A stretch of 64,000 nt of DNA, taken from positions 60,700,001 to 60,764,000 of the forward strand of contig NC_045696.1 of NCBI RefSeq assembly GCF_009834535.1, read 5' to 3'. Source of the DNA: Camelus ferus. Its lineage: Eukaryota. The position numbers and the translations under genes are program-made. The first letter of the stretch is position 1; the number at the start of each line of letters is the position of its first letter. This document shows, one piece after another, positions 25,322-38,654 of this stretch. The notes beneath the pieces are model-generated. The model saw nothing but the letters and a program-made list of their open reading frames with translations, had not been told where the DNA came from and did no database searches.

Positions 25322-27003
25322 TTGTGGTCCTTAGCTCCACAAATTCTTCTGTGACACTTGGAATATATTTGGGGGCTTCAGGTGGGATATCCTATATCTT
25401 TGGAGGATCAGAATCATCATAGCCCAAACTCAGCCTACCCCACTCTTCTCACTTGGTTTTGCACGAGGATGGCACAGGTATGGGGGTCTTTATTATATAA
25501 GCACGTTGCCGAAACAATTTTGAAGTCTGAAAATATTCCAAAGATGGTTAAAATGAATCCCCCAAGTTGCCTTATCTGCATATGTGTGTGAATTTCCCTT
25601 AGGAATAATTGCGGATACTGACAAAAGCGCTGATCCTCAAAGCCCCCCATGCTTCTAGTACAGCACGGATAGTGTACTTACAGTTGGTCCCCTACAGCCT
25701 CACTGGAAAGTGAGCCCCACAGGGCAGGTAGGCTCCTTTTCTCCTATAATATTTGAAACACAGAAAAGAATATAACATATATGTAAGTTATGGAGCATAG
25801 CACTATTTCTTGTCTTTCTATCCCTACTGCCTAGAAAAATGCATGGTAACATGAATGTATGTTGAATAAACAAATGATTCTTCTATGAATAAGTGAACTA
25901 GAGAGAACAGCATCTCCCAGATAAAGTACCCATCAGTTGTCAGGCAGTTAAAGGTATCATTCCAAGATGAACTGAACTCCCTACTACATGTATGAGAAAC
26001 AAATTTTATTCTACTTTCCAGACTGATTTTCCTCCTGTCTACCTTTTGAAAGTTCAGTAGTGTGGCCCTACCATGATGGAGACCACATGGTGTGGTTGAA
26101 AGACCATGGACTAAAGGCAGACAATTCTTTAGCCAGGGCTCCACCATTTTCTAGTTGCATGACCTTGGGCAAACTCCACACCATCTCTAGGAATCAGTTC
26201 TCTAACCTATTAAAAGTGGGTTATTAATACTTACCTGTTGGAGTGTTAGGGACTGTAAATGGAATAACATCTGATGTGAGTTACCTTCTCACATTATTTC
26301 AGGTAAAGAAACGAAATATCTAAATACTTCTAGACACAAATCATCCAATCTCTGCTCCTGATGGCATACTGGAAAGTTGCTTAAAAGCTGTATTTACAAA
26401 GGGCTCCCATCAGCCTGTGTGTTCCGGCTTCCCTCTTGAATTCATGTGCAACATAAAACTTCCTCCTGATTGCCTTTCAGTTGCAGCTTTCCTTGGTGGC
26501 TTTATGTTGCTTTTTACCCTTGGTGGCAGCTAAATCCTGTACATGGCATACGTGGAGTCTTGTCTATTCTCGTGGAGGCACTGTTTTTTCCCCCTTGATT
26601 TAATCCTAGAGACCAATCAATAGGTAACTATAGCTCTCTCCTGAAGAGTGAAAGAAAATGAAAAAAAGAAAAAAAAAGGGAAAGGTACATTATCCTGTAG
26701 GGTAATAGCTCATAGTTTACAGTAACGCCATGGCTTTGTATTCTTTTCTGGAGTACACACCACAGTTCAAGCAGTTTGATTTGGTTCTGCACAAGCAGTC
26801 CCCACTTCTAGAATAGGTTATGCATTCCAGAGAGTAATTACAAAGCCAGTCATTTAAAACTCAGAATGCCAGTGCCCACAGGAGTGAGGTTACCCGGGTC
26901 ACTGGGCTCTCAGGGCAGTCCACAAAAGTCTATCTAATTCTGAATGTGGCCGACCTGGCTCACTAGATGCAGCTACTCTCCATGACTCCGTACAGCCTTG
27001 ATT
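25322..27003 (-). pseudogene. Six fossil exons (26894-27003, 26689-26807, 26398-26605, 25930-26042, 25453-25654, 25322-25397)
   Basis: Phase chain 1-0, 0-2, 2-0, 0-2, 2-0, 0-1. KWGLLVQNQIKLLELWCVLQKRIQSHGVTVNYELLPYRI, VDRRKISLESRIKF...CLTTD and SMGGFEDQRFCQYPQLFLREIH...AILVQNQ|GTGAGA are fully open. One intron is only 55 nt. Confidence 0.65.
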
Positions 27004-27589
27004 CTGCAAGAGAGGGAGAGAGGGCACTCTGTGTTCCAACCCTGGGTGCCAGGGACACAGCTCTCCCCTACTCCCTACTTGGCTGGGCCAGCAGCTAGGG
27101 GAGGGCCACGCCAGGGAGGGGGCTGGGGAGAAGGGCAGATAAATCCTGGGCACCAGAAATTGATTCTCTGCCTCAAGACCTCTTTCTAGTCCTTCAATAA
27201 TAATAATGACATTTGTATAGTGCTTCATGGTTTACAAATGACGTATTTTCATCCTTCTATCTCACTGGTCTCATTTGGTTCTTACAACTCTCTTGAGTTA
27301 TTGCTGTAATTTCATTTAACAAGCAAGAAAACTGAGGTTCAGAAATGAAGTGATTTTTCTAAGGCCAGTGGGGGAACAGTGTGAAAAAAAGATCAGTTGC
27401 CATCCAAGCATGGGTGCTTCTGACTGGGTCTTCCCCCAGGCCCAATTGTCTATTTCATTTACCAAATACTTACAAAACACTTAGTGTTTACTGGGTGCCA
27501 GGCACTGTTCTCAGATATTAGCCCACAAATATTAGCCCACTTAACGTGGCTCAGTCCTGAGTTAGGGTTTGCTTTATTTTCTTTTTTAC

Positions 27590-27954
27590 TTTTAAAGCCG
27601 TGCTTGATCACAGTCGAATCGTCTTGGAAATGGAAAGTGACTTTAACAATGTTCCCGCAGGCGCATTTTTCAGTCAGATGGGCTTGGACTACTGTGTCAA
27701 GTGATCCCTGACTCTCATATTTCTTTTTATCAGATGAGTTGCTTTCAAGAGTCAGACTCTGCCAAATAGTTTCACTATGACATGAGCCTTTATATTTGCA
27801 AATCCAGCAGGTCTCTCCACCATAGCCTTTCTTACTTTAAGACAAAATAAACTGTCTCCAACCAAAGATAATGTCTCAGCCAATGGAATACGTCCCTAAT
27901 GAACCCTCTATTAAATGTCTCACTCGAGTCTGGCAGTTTTGTGCTTCCTGGTAC
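27590..27954 (-). pseudogene. Large fossil exon (365 nt, phase 2 to 1)
   Basis: gttctctag| YQEAQNCQTRVRHLIEGSLGTYSIG*DIIFGWRQFILS*SKKGYGGETCWICKYKGSCHSETIWQSLTLESNSSDKKKYESQGSLDTVVQAHLTEKCACGNIVKVTFHFQDDSTVIKHGFK A|GTAAAA. Two stops in 121 codons. Confidence 0.75.
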
Positions 27955-30579
27955 CTAGAGAACATCTGACCAGCCTAAGAGAAGAGTAGCCCAGCAGTGA
28001 CCAGAACGGGCTCCAAAATAGACTTCTGGCTTTGAATTCTGGCTCTCCTTCCTATTTTTGATCTTAGGCAAGTTACTTACCCTATCTGTGCCTCAGTGTT
28101 CCCACCTTTCAAATGGGGACAACAATAGTGCCAACCTTCCAGTATTGTGGTGAAGACTGTCCCATTCTGCAGAGGAGGAAACTGAAGCTCAAGAAGTGAT
28201 AAGGGATTTTTCTCAAGACCACACAATTAGTTACGTGCTGGAGCTGGCATTTGGATTTAGAATTGCCCGTTCCCAAAGCCCATACTCTACCAACTGTAGT
28301 GATAGATTCAACTCAGCCAGGTGGTCAGTCAGATGTGCTATGTTGAGAACAATTCTGAGACTGCATCAGGGCTGAGTGGGAATGAGTGTGGGCACAGGAG
28401 GGGAGCTGCCACATATGTCATCCCCACTCGGCACATCCATAGAACTGGACATCATTTAGGAAGGGGTCCCCCAGCCTAGGAGAGCCTTCTGGACAAGCAC
28501 TGTGGCTTATTCATATGTCTTCCCAGCTCTTAGTACAGTGCCTGGACCAAAAAAGTAGGCAGTAAATACATGTTGAAGTAGATTGAATCAAGAGGTCCAC
28601 AGACTTTCCCCCTGAGGATGGGTCCTCTACCCTCTGGGTTTGTGCAGCTTCCTTTGGTTTGCCTTTAAAAAGGCAAACTTCTAGTCTTAAATGAGACTTG
28701 GGGAAGCTCATATATCCATATATTAAGACCTTCCATAGCTTTTACCCTTATTTCAAGGGCTAATATAAGTGTATAAAAGACACAGGATATGTTGATTTTA
28801 TTTTACTTCAGTCATTACAATGAAACAACAGCCAGTTTATCCAGCTTGCCTTCTTCCTCTCTGCTATGCCTGTTCACTCTTTCTTTACTCCTAATTACAA
28901 AGGCAAATGGATGGTTTTCTTAAAGGTGGGAAGTAAAACAGATCGATGAGTGAGAGTTTACAAATAACATCCTATCTTTGGAACATAGTCAGTCTGGGAC
29001 CATTGATTGTTTCATTTTCCCTCCTGATTTAGAGAGTAGTGGAAGTCTGGGGTGTTTACTGTTTCACAAGAGTCTCGGTAAAAGGAGTACTTGACTTGGT
29101 TTCATATGCAAAATCTGCTCACCTACTTAGGTGTGGCCCAAGCAGAGCGCACTCAGGAGAACTGGCCCTTGAGAGGGTTGTTCTTGGACTGAAACCCAAT
29201 CTAGTGCATATTTCCATCTTCTTCCTTTAATGTAAAAGGGTATTTAGATCCTGCAGCATGAGGAGACTAGTTTCATGGTTTTTTATGATGATAAAAGCAG
29301 GAGGCTGGAACAGATAACTACTCGAATCTTCTTTTAGCTTAAAAAATTATTGGCCACTTCCTAACAGCCATGTGTTGCTAAACGCTTTCATGTATATTAT
29401 CTCATTTAATTCTCATAACAGCTGTAGGGATGAGGTTTCATTACGTTATTGTGCAGATAAAATCTTAGACACCAGAAGGCTATGTGACTTGCCAAGGCTA
29501 TTCAGCTTCCAAGTGGTTAAACCTCATTTATTCAATAAATGTTTACTGAGCTTCTGCTTTGTGCCAGGCACTGGAATAAACTCTAGAAACACTGAAATGA
29601 ATAAGAGGTAGCCCTGCACTCAAGAGCTCCAGTCCAAAGACAAGGATGATCTCTAAATGAATTATATAATCCAGTGTGGTTAAGGAGTGATACCTGTGTG
29701 GAAAGGGCATCGTGGGAGCACAGATAGTGGAACTTGACCAGCCTGGGAGTCAGGAGGATTTTAGTTGATGAACCAGTAAGCACTGAGCTGATAAAGGAGG
29801 GTTGAAAAGGGATAGACTGCATCCCAGGCACTGGGAAGGGGCAGCACAAGCAAAGGCATGGAGAAAGGAAACAGCACTGAGTGTAAGATCCACAAAGTCA
29901 GGATTTCTGGGTGGTAGGTGTGGAGGGGGCTGGCGTGGTATGCAGGGGCTTTTCAAATGACCTACACTCTTCCCCTTGAAGCCTATGCCCTGCAAAGAAG
30001 CAGCATGTGCCCTTGAAGCCTGTGCCCTGCTGAGACTCCAAAATGGCCCCAATCAGCTACTCTTAGGTGAAAGTTTAAATCAGATAGTCTACAGGGTGGG
30101 AGGAAGATGTGTTGCTGCAACCCAGAAAATCACTTTTCCTCTAATAGGCTCCTGAGCCATCTCCTAGTAGAGCAAGTGTCTAATTAGATAAACAATTAAA
30201 GAGCTAGGAACAGGGATTGTAGTCAGTGTGTAATAGAGGGTGATTCTTCTGATGACCACAGCCCCAGCGAATGGTTGTGATGCAGCAGTTAAGTTCAACC
30301 TCCTGAGTTCTTCTTCCCCATCCTACCCTGGCTTTCTCTCTGTCTCCATCCTCCTGCAAACTATCTATACACCTCTGCCCTTTTCCTGTGTTTGTCTCTA
30401 CTGTTCTTTGAGTTTGCATGGGATGCTTGCCATCACTGAAATGGACTGAACGTGTGAGGCTTGGCCTCCAGAACAGTGTTTCCAAACTAAACTACAGTGC
30501 AGTCGAATCAGCTGCATGAATCCTCTGGGACCCAAGATTAAGCGAGGATGAGATGAAAGCTTCTAAGTAGGAAACACGA

Positions 30580-30740
30580 CAGCTAGATCAGGGGTCCCAA
30601 AGTGTGATCTGTGGACCAATTGCACTGGAGGTGTTTCTGTTAAGCAGAGATTAAAGGGCCCCAACCCAGGCCTATTGCTTCCAGATATCTTGAGATGTAG
30701 CCAAGAATTTTGTATTTTTAACAAGGCCACTGGAGGATCA
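30580..30740. mobile_element. MER5-like hAT element
   Basis: caggggtcccaaagtgtgatc...gaattttgtatttttaacaag. Confidence 0.55.
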
Positions 30741-30745
30741 TATAT

Positions 30746-30791
<46 letters not shown>
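30740..30791. repeat. (AT)n microsatellite
   Basis: About 21 uninterrupted AT units. Confidence 0.95.
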
Positions 30792-30794
<3 letters not shown>

Positions 30795-31906
30795 ATTACC
30801 TAGAACAGGAGTCACAAAATGGCAGCAGCAGGTCAAGCTAATCTGCAGATACATGTTGTTTGTCCCTTATAGTGCTTTAAAAATCAGAACATTTTACTCA
30901 AAAATCTCAATTCCTGGCCTCTCTCTAGATAGGCAACCTGAAGCCCATATTTACACAATGATCATCTGAAACTAGCTATGTAAGGACCATTCTGTTTCAG
31001 CCAGCATACCGTCAGTCCCCGGAGCCACCAGGGCCTCCCCTGGCCTAATAGCCTCACCTTTGACTTGGGCTCCTCCAGAACAAGGACCAGGTATTTGTCA
31101 TCCATGAATCCTCAGTCTCTAAAACCAAGTTTACAGGAGAGAGTGAATAAATGGGTTGAATCAACAGGCACAAGCTTGATGATAAGCTCCTCTTGGCTTG
31201 GATAACTTAACTGCAGTCAAAAATAACCCTTGGTTTTAGGTGTAGGACGCATGCGGTCTCATCCTGGTTCTACTGCTGATACCTTTGGGTATATCACCTC
31301 ACTCCTCAGAGTCTAAGTTATCTTAACTTTATGAGGATGGATTTGACACTAAATTCTTCCATCTCGAAAAGTGTAGCTTCTGGAGGCTGTGGGTAGCTTC
31401 CATTTTTAAATTTTATGTGGCAGAAAAGGCTATGGTGAAACTTGGTCCCAGCCACCCTCACTCTCTGAGGCCCCACACTCACAATGCCGTCTGTTGACAC
31501 AGCAATTTGGAATCTTAGTCTGACCTGAGGGGGTAGCTGACCCTCCACAGAATGGTTGGTATTTATGGAGTGAGACCGGGCTAACTCCTTTCACTATTCA
31601 CAGATAAAGTCCAAACACTTCAACATAGTGCAGAGGGCTCTTCATACCCAGCTCCCGGCCAGATAACCCCGTAACGCTCCTCCTTTCCACCCACAATACT
31701 CAGTTACCCGCGCTGTCCCACACCCACGTTCCTCCCCTCTCTGCCTTTGTACATACTGTCTTCTGTTCCTCACCGCATTCAGCCATCCAGTGAGCTCCTA
31801 CTTGGCCTTCAACAATCTGTGGAAGGATCCCTCTGGGAAGTTGTTTCAGCCCCTGCCCCTGCCACTTTCTCCAGGCCTAACTTCACTCTCTCCCTCCTCA
31901 GTACTC

Positions 31907-32046
31907 TTTTTTTTTTTTTTCCCCTTTGGTGGGAGAGGTAATTAGGTTTACTTATTTATTTATTCTTAGAGGAAGTACTGGAGATTGAACCCAGGATCTC
32001 ATGCATGCTAAGAACGCATTCTACCACTTGAGCCATACCCTCCCCA
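31907..32046 (-). mobile_element. Camelid-type tRNA-derived SINE
   Basis: T-tail, GGTAATTAGGTTTACTTATTT, GATTGAACCCAGG, CTACCACTTGAGC. Confidence 0.85.
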
Positions 32047-32959
32047 CGCCTCCGTATTTTAACTTTGTCTCGTACATGTCCGTGTCATCACATTATCACA
32101 GTTCTCACTCCTTTATGTGTTGGCTCCCCCACTAGACTGTGATCCCCTTGAGGGCAAGGATCTAGGACACATCTCAGAAGCACAACCCATGCATGTTGGA
32201 TGAAGACTGACCAGCCCAAAATCTGATATGCTGGAGGGACTGCACGTCAGAGAAGAGCTGACCATTAGCCCTTGCCCTGCCCACGTTCCCCTCCCCCACC
32301 ACACATTCTTCAGCATTTTGAGATGCAGAGCTCATGGCTGATCTTTAGAATGACTGATGATGTTTACCATTGGTTGATTATCCTGTGTTTCAGCATCAGC
32401 GCTGCATAACATGGATCGAAGGGATTGTATGTAAATAATTATTTGGTGTGGCTCTTAACAGTAACGGCATGGTGTAGTGCAGCACTTCCTGAGCCATTAT
32501 GAGGAATCCTCTAATCTTCTTTTGGAGAATGTAAATAGACACTGCATTAAAAAAGTAATCTGATCAAAAAAAGTCTGGGAAAGTCCGAAAACTTCCAGCA
32601 TATTAAAGGTTCCTAAGTCTGGTGATAAAAAACAAGGTTTAATTTTAGTTCCCCCAATGTTTCCAAAGCACAATGTTGAGGAACAAACACTGAATTAGAA
32701 GTCAGAAGACCTGAGTTCTCATTCCCCCTCTGCCACTAATATGAATGTGTGATCCTAAACCAACACTTCCCCTTTTGGAGCCTCAAATTCCTCATTTGTA
32801 AATTGAATGGATTGGAAAAAAATCTAAAATGACATGACTGGATTAGATTATTTCTAGTTGCACTTCTAATCCCCATTTTCTATCCTGCTCAGAAGGGATG
32901 AACAACTCTCGTTTTGATGCCCTTGCTGGACTTAAAAGGCTTATACAATGGGTACTTAC

Positions 32960-35077
32960 CTATATGGTCTGAGCTCTGCTCTGCCCGTCCCAGGAACAGC
33001 TGGGCAGGAGCTAGGATGTTCCCTTAATGCAGCTGTTTCCTGCGGAAGGCTGGATCTGATGGGGAATTATCTGGCAGTTCTGAGCTGGTTGTGCCAACTC
33101 TGGGACAACCTTTTTATTTTTATTTTTTCCAGGACAATCTTTAACATCATAAGAATCAGCCATCCACTTTTCCTCTTCTCCTTTGCAATGAATTCCCATT
33201 GCAGAGATCATTGCCCTGAATATCCAAAAAACAATAAATCTGACAGTAAAGTAAAACTCTGGGTTAAGGAAGAGCAATGGGTAGGAGAGATTTGATAGCA
33301 ACTATCAACCAGGGCCCTGAAAACCTGAAGTGCCTGCCAGGAGACCAGATCTCCAAGAGTGTCATGAGGGAAGCAAGACCCAGAGTTCCCCTGGTCTTGA
33401 GAAGAAATACAGCCAAGCTGGTTCCCTTCAAAGTCCATCTATGGAAAGGAAAGTACATTTTGAAATCACGGAATTCACACAGACAGCCCACAGGTATTTC
33501 CTGCTGATGGAGGCACTATTAGCATGGTGCTATGTTCAGAACCAAAAACTCACACTTCCTGCTCTGAAGGATAGACCCCAAACGGCCACCGTTTAAGACT
33601 CACATCACACATAAGCAGAGTGGTGGTTCCTTCCAAATACCATCTCAGCAAAGTCAGAAATACCATGACCCAGAATAATCTCTAGCCAGAATTTTCTTCT
33701 TTTGTAAGGTACCACCATCCCAGGATCCTTCCTTCTTTCCTTTCCTTTATCCTGAAATATTACAGGGTATTCATCCCTATTGTTAAATGACAAATCTAAA
33801 ACAAGTTGGTTTGATGTCCTTCCTTTATTCAAGGGAAAGTGATCCACAGACTGGGGAAATACAGTGCCTCCCAGGCAGTGGACCCTCTTCCCCGGGATTT
33901 TGGGCCTGAGTGATTTTTGCATTAGACGCTGGCAATGCAGAAACAGGGCGTAGCTGGCTAGGAGGTCCTATTTCTCTAGGGTCAGGTAAACCAGCTACAG
34001 CTGAGATGGAGGGTTGAGCTGGGTGTTAGGTTTCCTTGGACAGTGAGGCGTTTCCGTAAGTGCTGCTGACTTGGGTGTAGCACGGGGCAGCCTCCATCTT
34101 GTGGGTCTTAATTGAGGAGTGAACTTTATCACTGCATTTCAGGTCTTGCATTTCATAGCATGGTGTGTCATGGAGCCTAAGTGAGTGCACATAGTGCAAC
34201 CGTTACAGGGATTGGGTCCAAAAGTTAATGTCTAAGGCAAAAATCAAGTATTATTGGAAATATCCTTGAAAATATTTAAAACCATCCCTAAAGGTGGTGA
34301 AATGATCACAGTATGAGAAGCACCCAGACAGCAGAGGGACCTGGGTTTAACTGAGGGGTTCTGTCATTCATCCCACACTTCTCCAGGCCGTTGACTTTCT
34401 GCGGAATGGTCCTAGTTAAACTGCAATTTCTCTCTCAGAGTTTTGCTTGTTTTGTTCTGTTTTGGCTAAAATTGAATTTGTGTAAGCTAAGTATGTATAT
34501 GACACCCATTCAGTGAAATAAATAGAAAAAATATCTACCTTCATCCTGCTAACTAAGGTTACCCCCTGGGTGAGAACTGGGATTGGGGTGCTAAACAAAA
34601 AGAGGGTCAGAGAAGACCTCAGCCTTCTCTGTCATGTTTTTATTTTTATCTAACACAGAAAATGTATTCATATTTTTCTTGTGTTACATAAAAAGCTCCC
34701 CGACTACAAGTTGCTCACTATCGGGAAAGACAGGCATAGAAAGAAACAACAACAAGACAGTATCATGAGTGCTATAATAGCATTTATAAGCAAACATAGG
34801 GGAGGGGAGCAATTAACTTTTCCCTGCTGGTTAATCTCATCCCTGCCCTTTTGTTCTGTACTCAGGGAAACACAGTTGAAGCCTTGCTTATCTTGCTTCA
34901 AGGTGACCTAGACATGGCTTGGGCAGTTTGGCTTGTCTTGCCAGGTCCCTCCTCTGCCCCAGGGAAGGGCAGCTCTTATAGTATGCAGGGTTAGGGCAGG
35001 CATGTAGACATTAAGAGGAGGCATCTACCTGAGTTTGATAATCTGCTACATTTTTTTCTGCTATTACAGTGATCTTG
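32960..35077 (-). pseudogene. Fossil exons 35029-35077, ~34817-34907, 33992-34176, 33604-33822, ~33325-33438, 32960-33215
   Basis: Consensus donors AG|GTAAGT (32959) and T|GTGAGT (33603); acceptors cccctctcacccctag and ctttcctttccatag. RTSNQLVLDLSFNNRDEYPVIFQDKGKERRKDPGMVVPYKRRKFWLEIILGHGISDFAEMVFGRNHHSAYV* is 72 codons with only a terminal TGA. LHDTPCYEMQDLKC... has one stop in 61. Confidence 0.65.
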
Positions 35078-35179
35078 CTAGGGGTGAGAGGGGACCTTGG
35101 ATTCCTATGGTGTGTTGACCAGTGGACTCACTCTTGGTGACACCTTCTCCTCCTCTTTGTCTTCTGTGAGGCAGAATGG

Positions 35180-36495
35180 ACATACATATATTTGTTTTCA
35201 TATTCTTTTTCACTACAGGTTATTACAAGATATTGAATATAGTTCCCTGTGCGATACAATAGAAACTTGCTGTTTATCTATTTTATGCATAGTAGTATCT
35301 GCAAATCTCAAACTCTCTTCTCACCCCCTTCCCACCCTGGTAACCATAAGTTTGTTTTCTATGTCTGGGAGTCTGTTTCTGTTTTGTAAATAAGTTCATT
35401 TTCTTTTCTTTTCTTTTTTTTTTTAAGATCCACATATAAGTGACATCATATGGTATTTTTCTTTCTCTTTCTGGCTTACTTCACTTAGAATGACAATCTT
35501 CAGGTCCATCCATGTTGCTGCAAATGGCATTATTTTATTCTTTTTAAGGGCTGAGTAGTATTCCACTGCATAAATATACCACAGTTTCTTTATCCAGTCA
35601 TCTGTTGATGGACATTTAGGTTGTTTCCATGTCTTGATTATTGTAAATAGTGCTGCTATGAACATTGAGGTGCATGTGTCTTTTTGAAATAAGGTTCCTT
35701 CTGTACATATGCACAGGGGTGGGATTGCTGGATCGTATGTTAAGTCTATTGTTAGTTTCTTAAGGAATCTCCATACTGTTTTCCATAATGGTTGCATTTC
35801 CACCAGCAGTGTAGGAGGGTCCCCTTTTCTCCATACCCTCTCCAGCATTTATCGTTTGTGGACTTTTGAATGACAGCCATTCTGACTGGTGTGAGGTGAT
35901 ACCTCATGTAGCTTTGATTTGCATTTCTCTGATAATTAGCAATATTGAGCATTTTTTCGTGTGTCTTTGTTGAAGAATTGCTTGTTTAGGTCTTTTGCCC
36001 ATTTTTAGATTGGGTTTTTTTTTCTTATTAAGTTGTATGAGCTATTTACATATTCTGGAAATTAAGCCCTTGTCAGTCTCATCTTTTGCAAATATTTTCT
36101 CCCATTCCATAAGCTGTCTTTTTGTTTTGCTTATGGTTTCCTTTGCTGTGCAAAAGCTTATGAGTTTAATTAGGTCCCATTTGTTTATTTTTGCTTTTAT
36201 TCCTATTGCCTAGGTAGACTGCCCTAGGGGAACATTGCTGAGATTTATGTCAGATAATGTTTTGCCTATGTTTTCTTCTAAGAGGTTTATAGTATCTTGT
36301 CTTAGGTTTAAGTCTTTAAGCCATTTTGAGTTTATTTTTGTGTATGGTGTGAGGGAGTATTCTAACTTCATTGATTTACATGCAGCTGTCCAGTTTTCCC
36401 AACACCATTTGCTGAAGAGACTGTCCTTACTCCATTGTATGTTCTTGCCTCCTTTGTCAAAGATTAATTGACCACAAGTTTGTGGGTTTATTTCT
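35180..36495 (-). mobile_element. Young 5'-truncated L1 body; its 3' tail lies at 37328-37441 on +
   Basis: Well-preserved ORF2 C-terminus (ORFs 35423-35848, 36210-36521); lacks its own polyA end. Confidence 0.9.
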
Positions 36496-37309
36496 ATTTG
36501 TAGACTTTTTGATGATAGCAATTCTGACAGGTGTGAGGTGATATCTCATTGTGGTTTTGATTTGCATTTCTCTGATCATTAGCGATGCTGAGCATCTTTT
36601 CATGTGCTTGTTAGCCATCTGAATGTCTTCTTTGGAAAAAAGTCTATTTAATTCTTCTGCCCATTTTTAATTGAGTTGTTTGTTTTTTGATATTGAGTTA
36701 TATGAGCAGTTTATATATTTTGGGTATTAACCCCTAATAGGTCATATCATTTGCAAATATTTTCTCCCATTCAGTAGGTTGTCTTTTCATTTTGTTGATG
36801 ATTTCCTTTGTTGTGCAAACACTTTTAAGTTTAATTAGGTCTCATTTTCACAGAATTAGAACAATAATTCCTAAAATTTATGTGCAGCCACAAAAGAACT
36901 GCCAAAGCAATCTTGAGAAAAAAGAAGAAAAAATATCTGGAAGGTATCACAGATACCTGACTTCAGAGTATATTACAAAGCTACCGTAATCAAGACAGCA
37001 TGATACTGGCACAAAAACAGACACATAGATCAATGGAACAGAATAGAGAGCCCAGAAATAAACCCACACACCTATGACAAAGGCATCAATTAATGTACGA
37101 CAAAGGAGTCAAGAATATACATGGAGAAAAGACAGTCTCTTCAATAAGTAGTGCTGGAAAAACGAAAATGAAATTAGAACATTTCCTCACATCATATGCA
37201 AAAAATAAACTCATAATGGGTTAAAGACCTAAATGTAAGACTTGAAACCATAAAACTCCTAGAAGAAAACATAGGCAGAATAGTCTATGACATAAATCGT
37301 AGCAACATT
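36495..37309. mobile_element. Older L1 with internal inversion (minus 36495-36845, plus 36847-37309)
   Basis: Strand switch at about 36846, typical of twin priming. Confidence 0.8.
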
Positions 37310-38654
37310 GTGAATATTCTTAATTCTTATGAAAACAAATATATGTTCATTTATGACTGAAGAATTATGCTGTACACCAGAAATTGACACAATATTGTAA
37401 ACTGACTATACTTCAATAAAATATATATATACCAAAAAAAAGTATATTAGTGCAGTTGAAAACCAATTTAAGTGATTTATAATTACCAGGAGAGTCCCCA
37501 GAAGTGGCCCTGAAATTGTGATTGCTTTGTATTTAAAGTAACCACCTTCAGCCATGGCTTTTTCTAAGTGGGACTTCCTTAAGAGTAATACTTTGACTTA
37601 ATTACTGAGACAGTTCATGTTTATCATCCTGTGATTCTTTTTTCTTATGAGGTACAAAAGCAGTGAAGCAATCAATGTAAGACATGAAGAAAATCCTAAA
37701 AATAGTAACACTTGTCAACAGAAACTAGGACATTAAACTTAATGCCTATGATACAGATTACAACACTCTGCAAAACCATGTGTGGAATTCACAGACGCTT
37801 GACTTCAGTTTTATGCTGATGAGCATTGATGACTTTTGACAGTAGCATCTAAATAGGTAAATAGCAATAAAAATGATTTGATCACAAGGCATTTTCCTAT
37901 GTATGTCTTCTCAAATAGAAAATATTTACTAGTAATTTATTTAATAAGGTCAAAGAAAACTCTAAGTTCCTACAATTCTTCAATTAAGGGAAAAGAGCCA
38001 TAAAATCAGAGCCAGGGGAATGATGTTCATTCTCAACCCCTATATCTAGGTTACTGTGAAACTAAAAGCAAATTATTACCTTTTAGCCGTTGTTTCTTAA
38101 GTGCCAAATGGTTTAAAAATGCCTACACCGTAGGCGGATCAAATGAGATAATACACACAAAACATGTACACTACCAACCAAAACCTTAATGTTATCCACA
38201 TTAAGAGAAAATAAATTATACACCTTTGACAATAGCAAAATCCAGGTAGATTGTTCCAGTAATGTAGCAGGTGCATTTTTCTGGTTTCATGTACACACAC
38301 TGTTTTTAGATTTTTAAAAATTTTACTGAATGCTGTAATGTATTTTGTTTTCTGTTTATGATTGAATATAAAAAGCCCATCAGAAAATCTGGCAAATTGA
38401 GATATTAAATTGATACAATTGAGACAATGAGAGTTCAGAAGTTTCCAGTCAATAGTCACCAATTAATGACTGAATTAGGAATATTTGGTGACTATTTCAA
38501 AACAGTCATTTATACTAATAACAAAGTTGTTAATAATTAAATTATGATCTCTTAGATTAACATTCACTGATTATGGAAACTAGAGTCAGTATTTCTAATA
38601 CTGAACTGCCAAAAGAAAAATAAATGTTAATATTAAAGCTGTACCCAAGTGGAA

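Larger units (their letters stand above)
28631..32453 (-). pseudogene. Weaker candidate exons (~28631-28890, 29123-29250, ~31135-31210, ~31330-31524, 32368-32453)
   Basis: Donors AG|GTGAGC (29122) and ATG|GTAAAC (32367). PHQIIIYIQSLRSMLCSADAETQDNQPM joins in phase to VRLRFQIAVSTDGIVSVGPQ...EEFSVKSILIK. The others have ambiguous frames. Confidence 0.45.

Noticed and set aside
33492..33563. Possible extra exon
   Set aside because: It would need introns of about 40 and 55 nt; implausible.
35423..36521. L1 ORF2-like ORFs as functional genes (also 38679-39086, 48459-48839)
   Set aside because: Truncated, frameshifted retroelement fragments.
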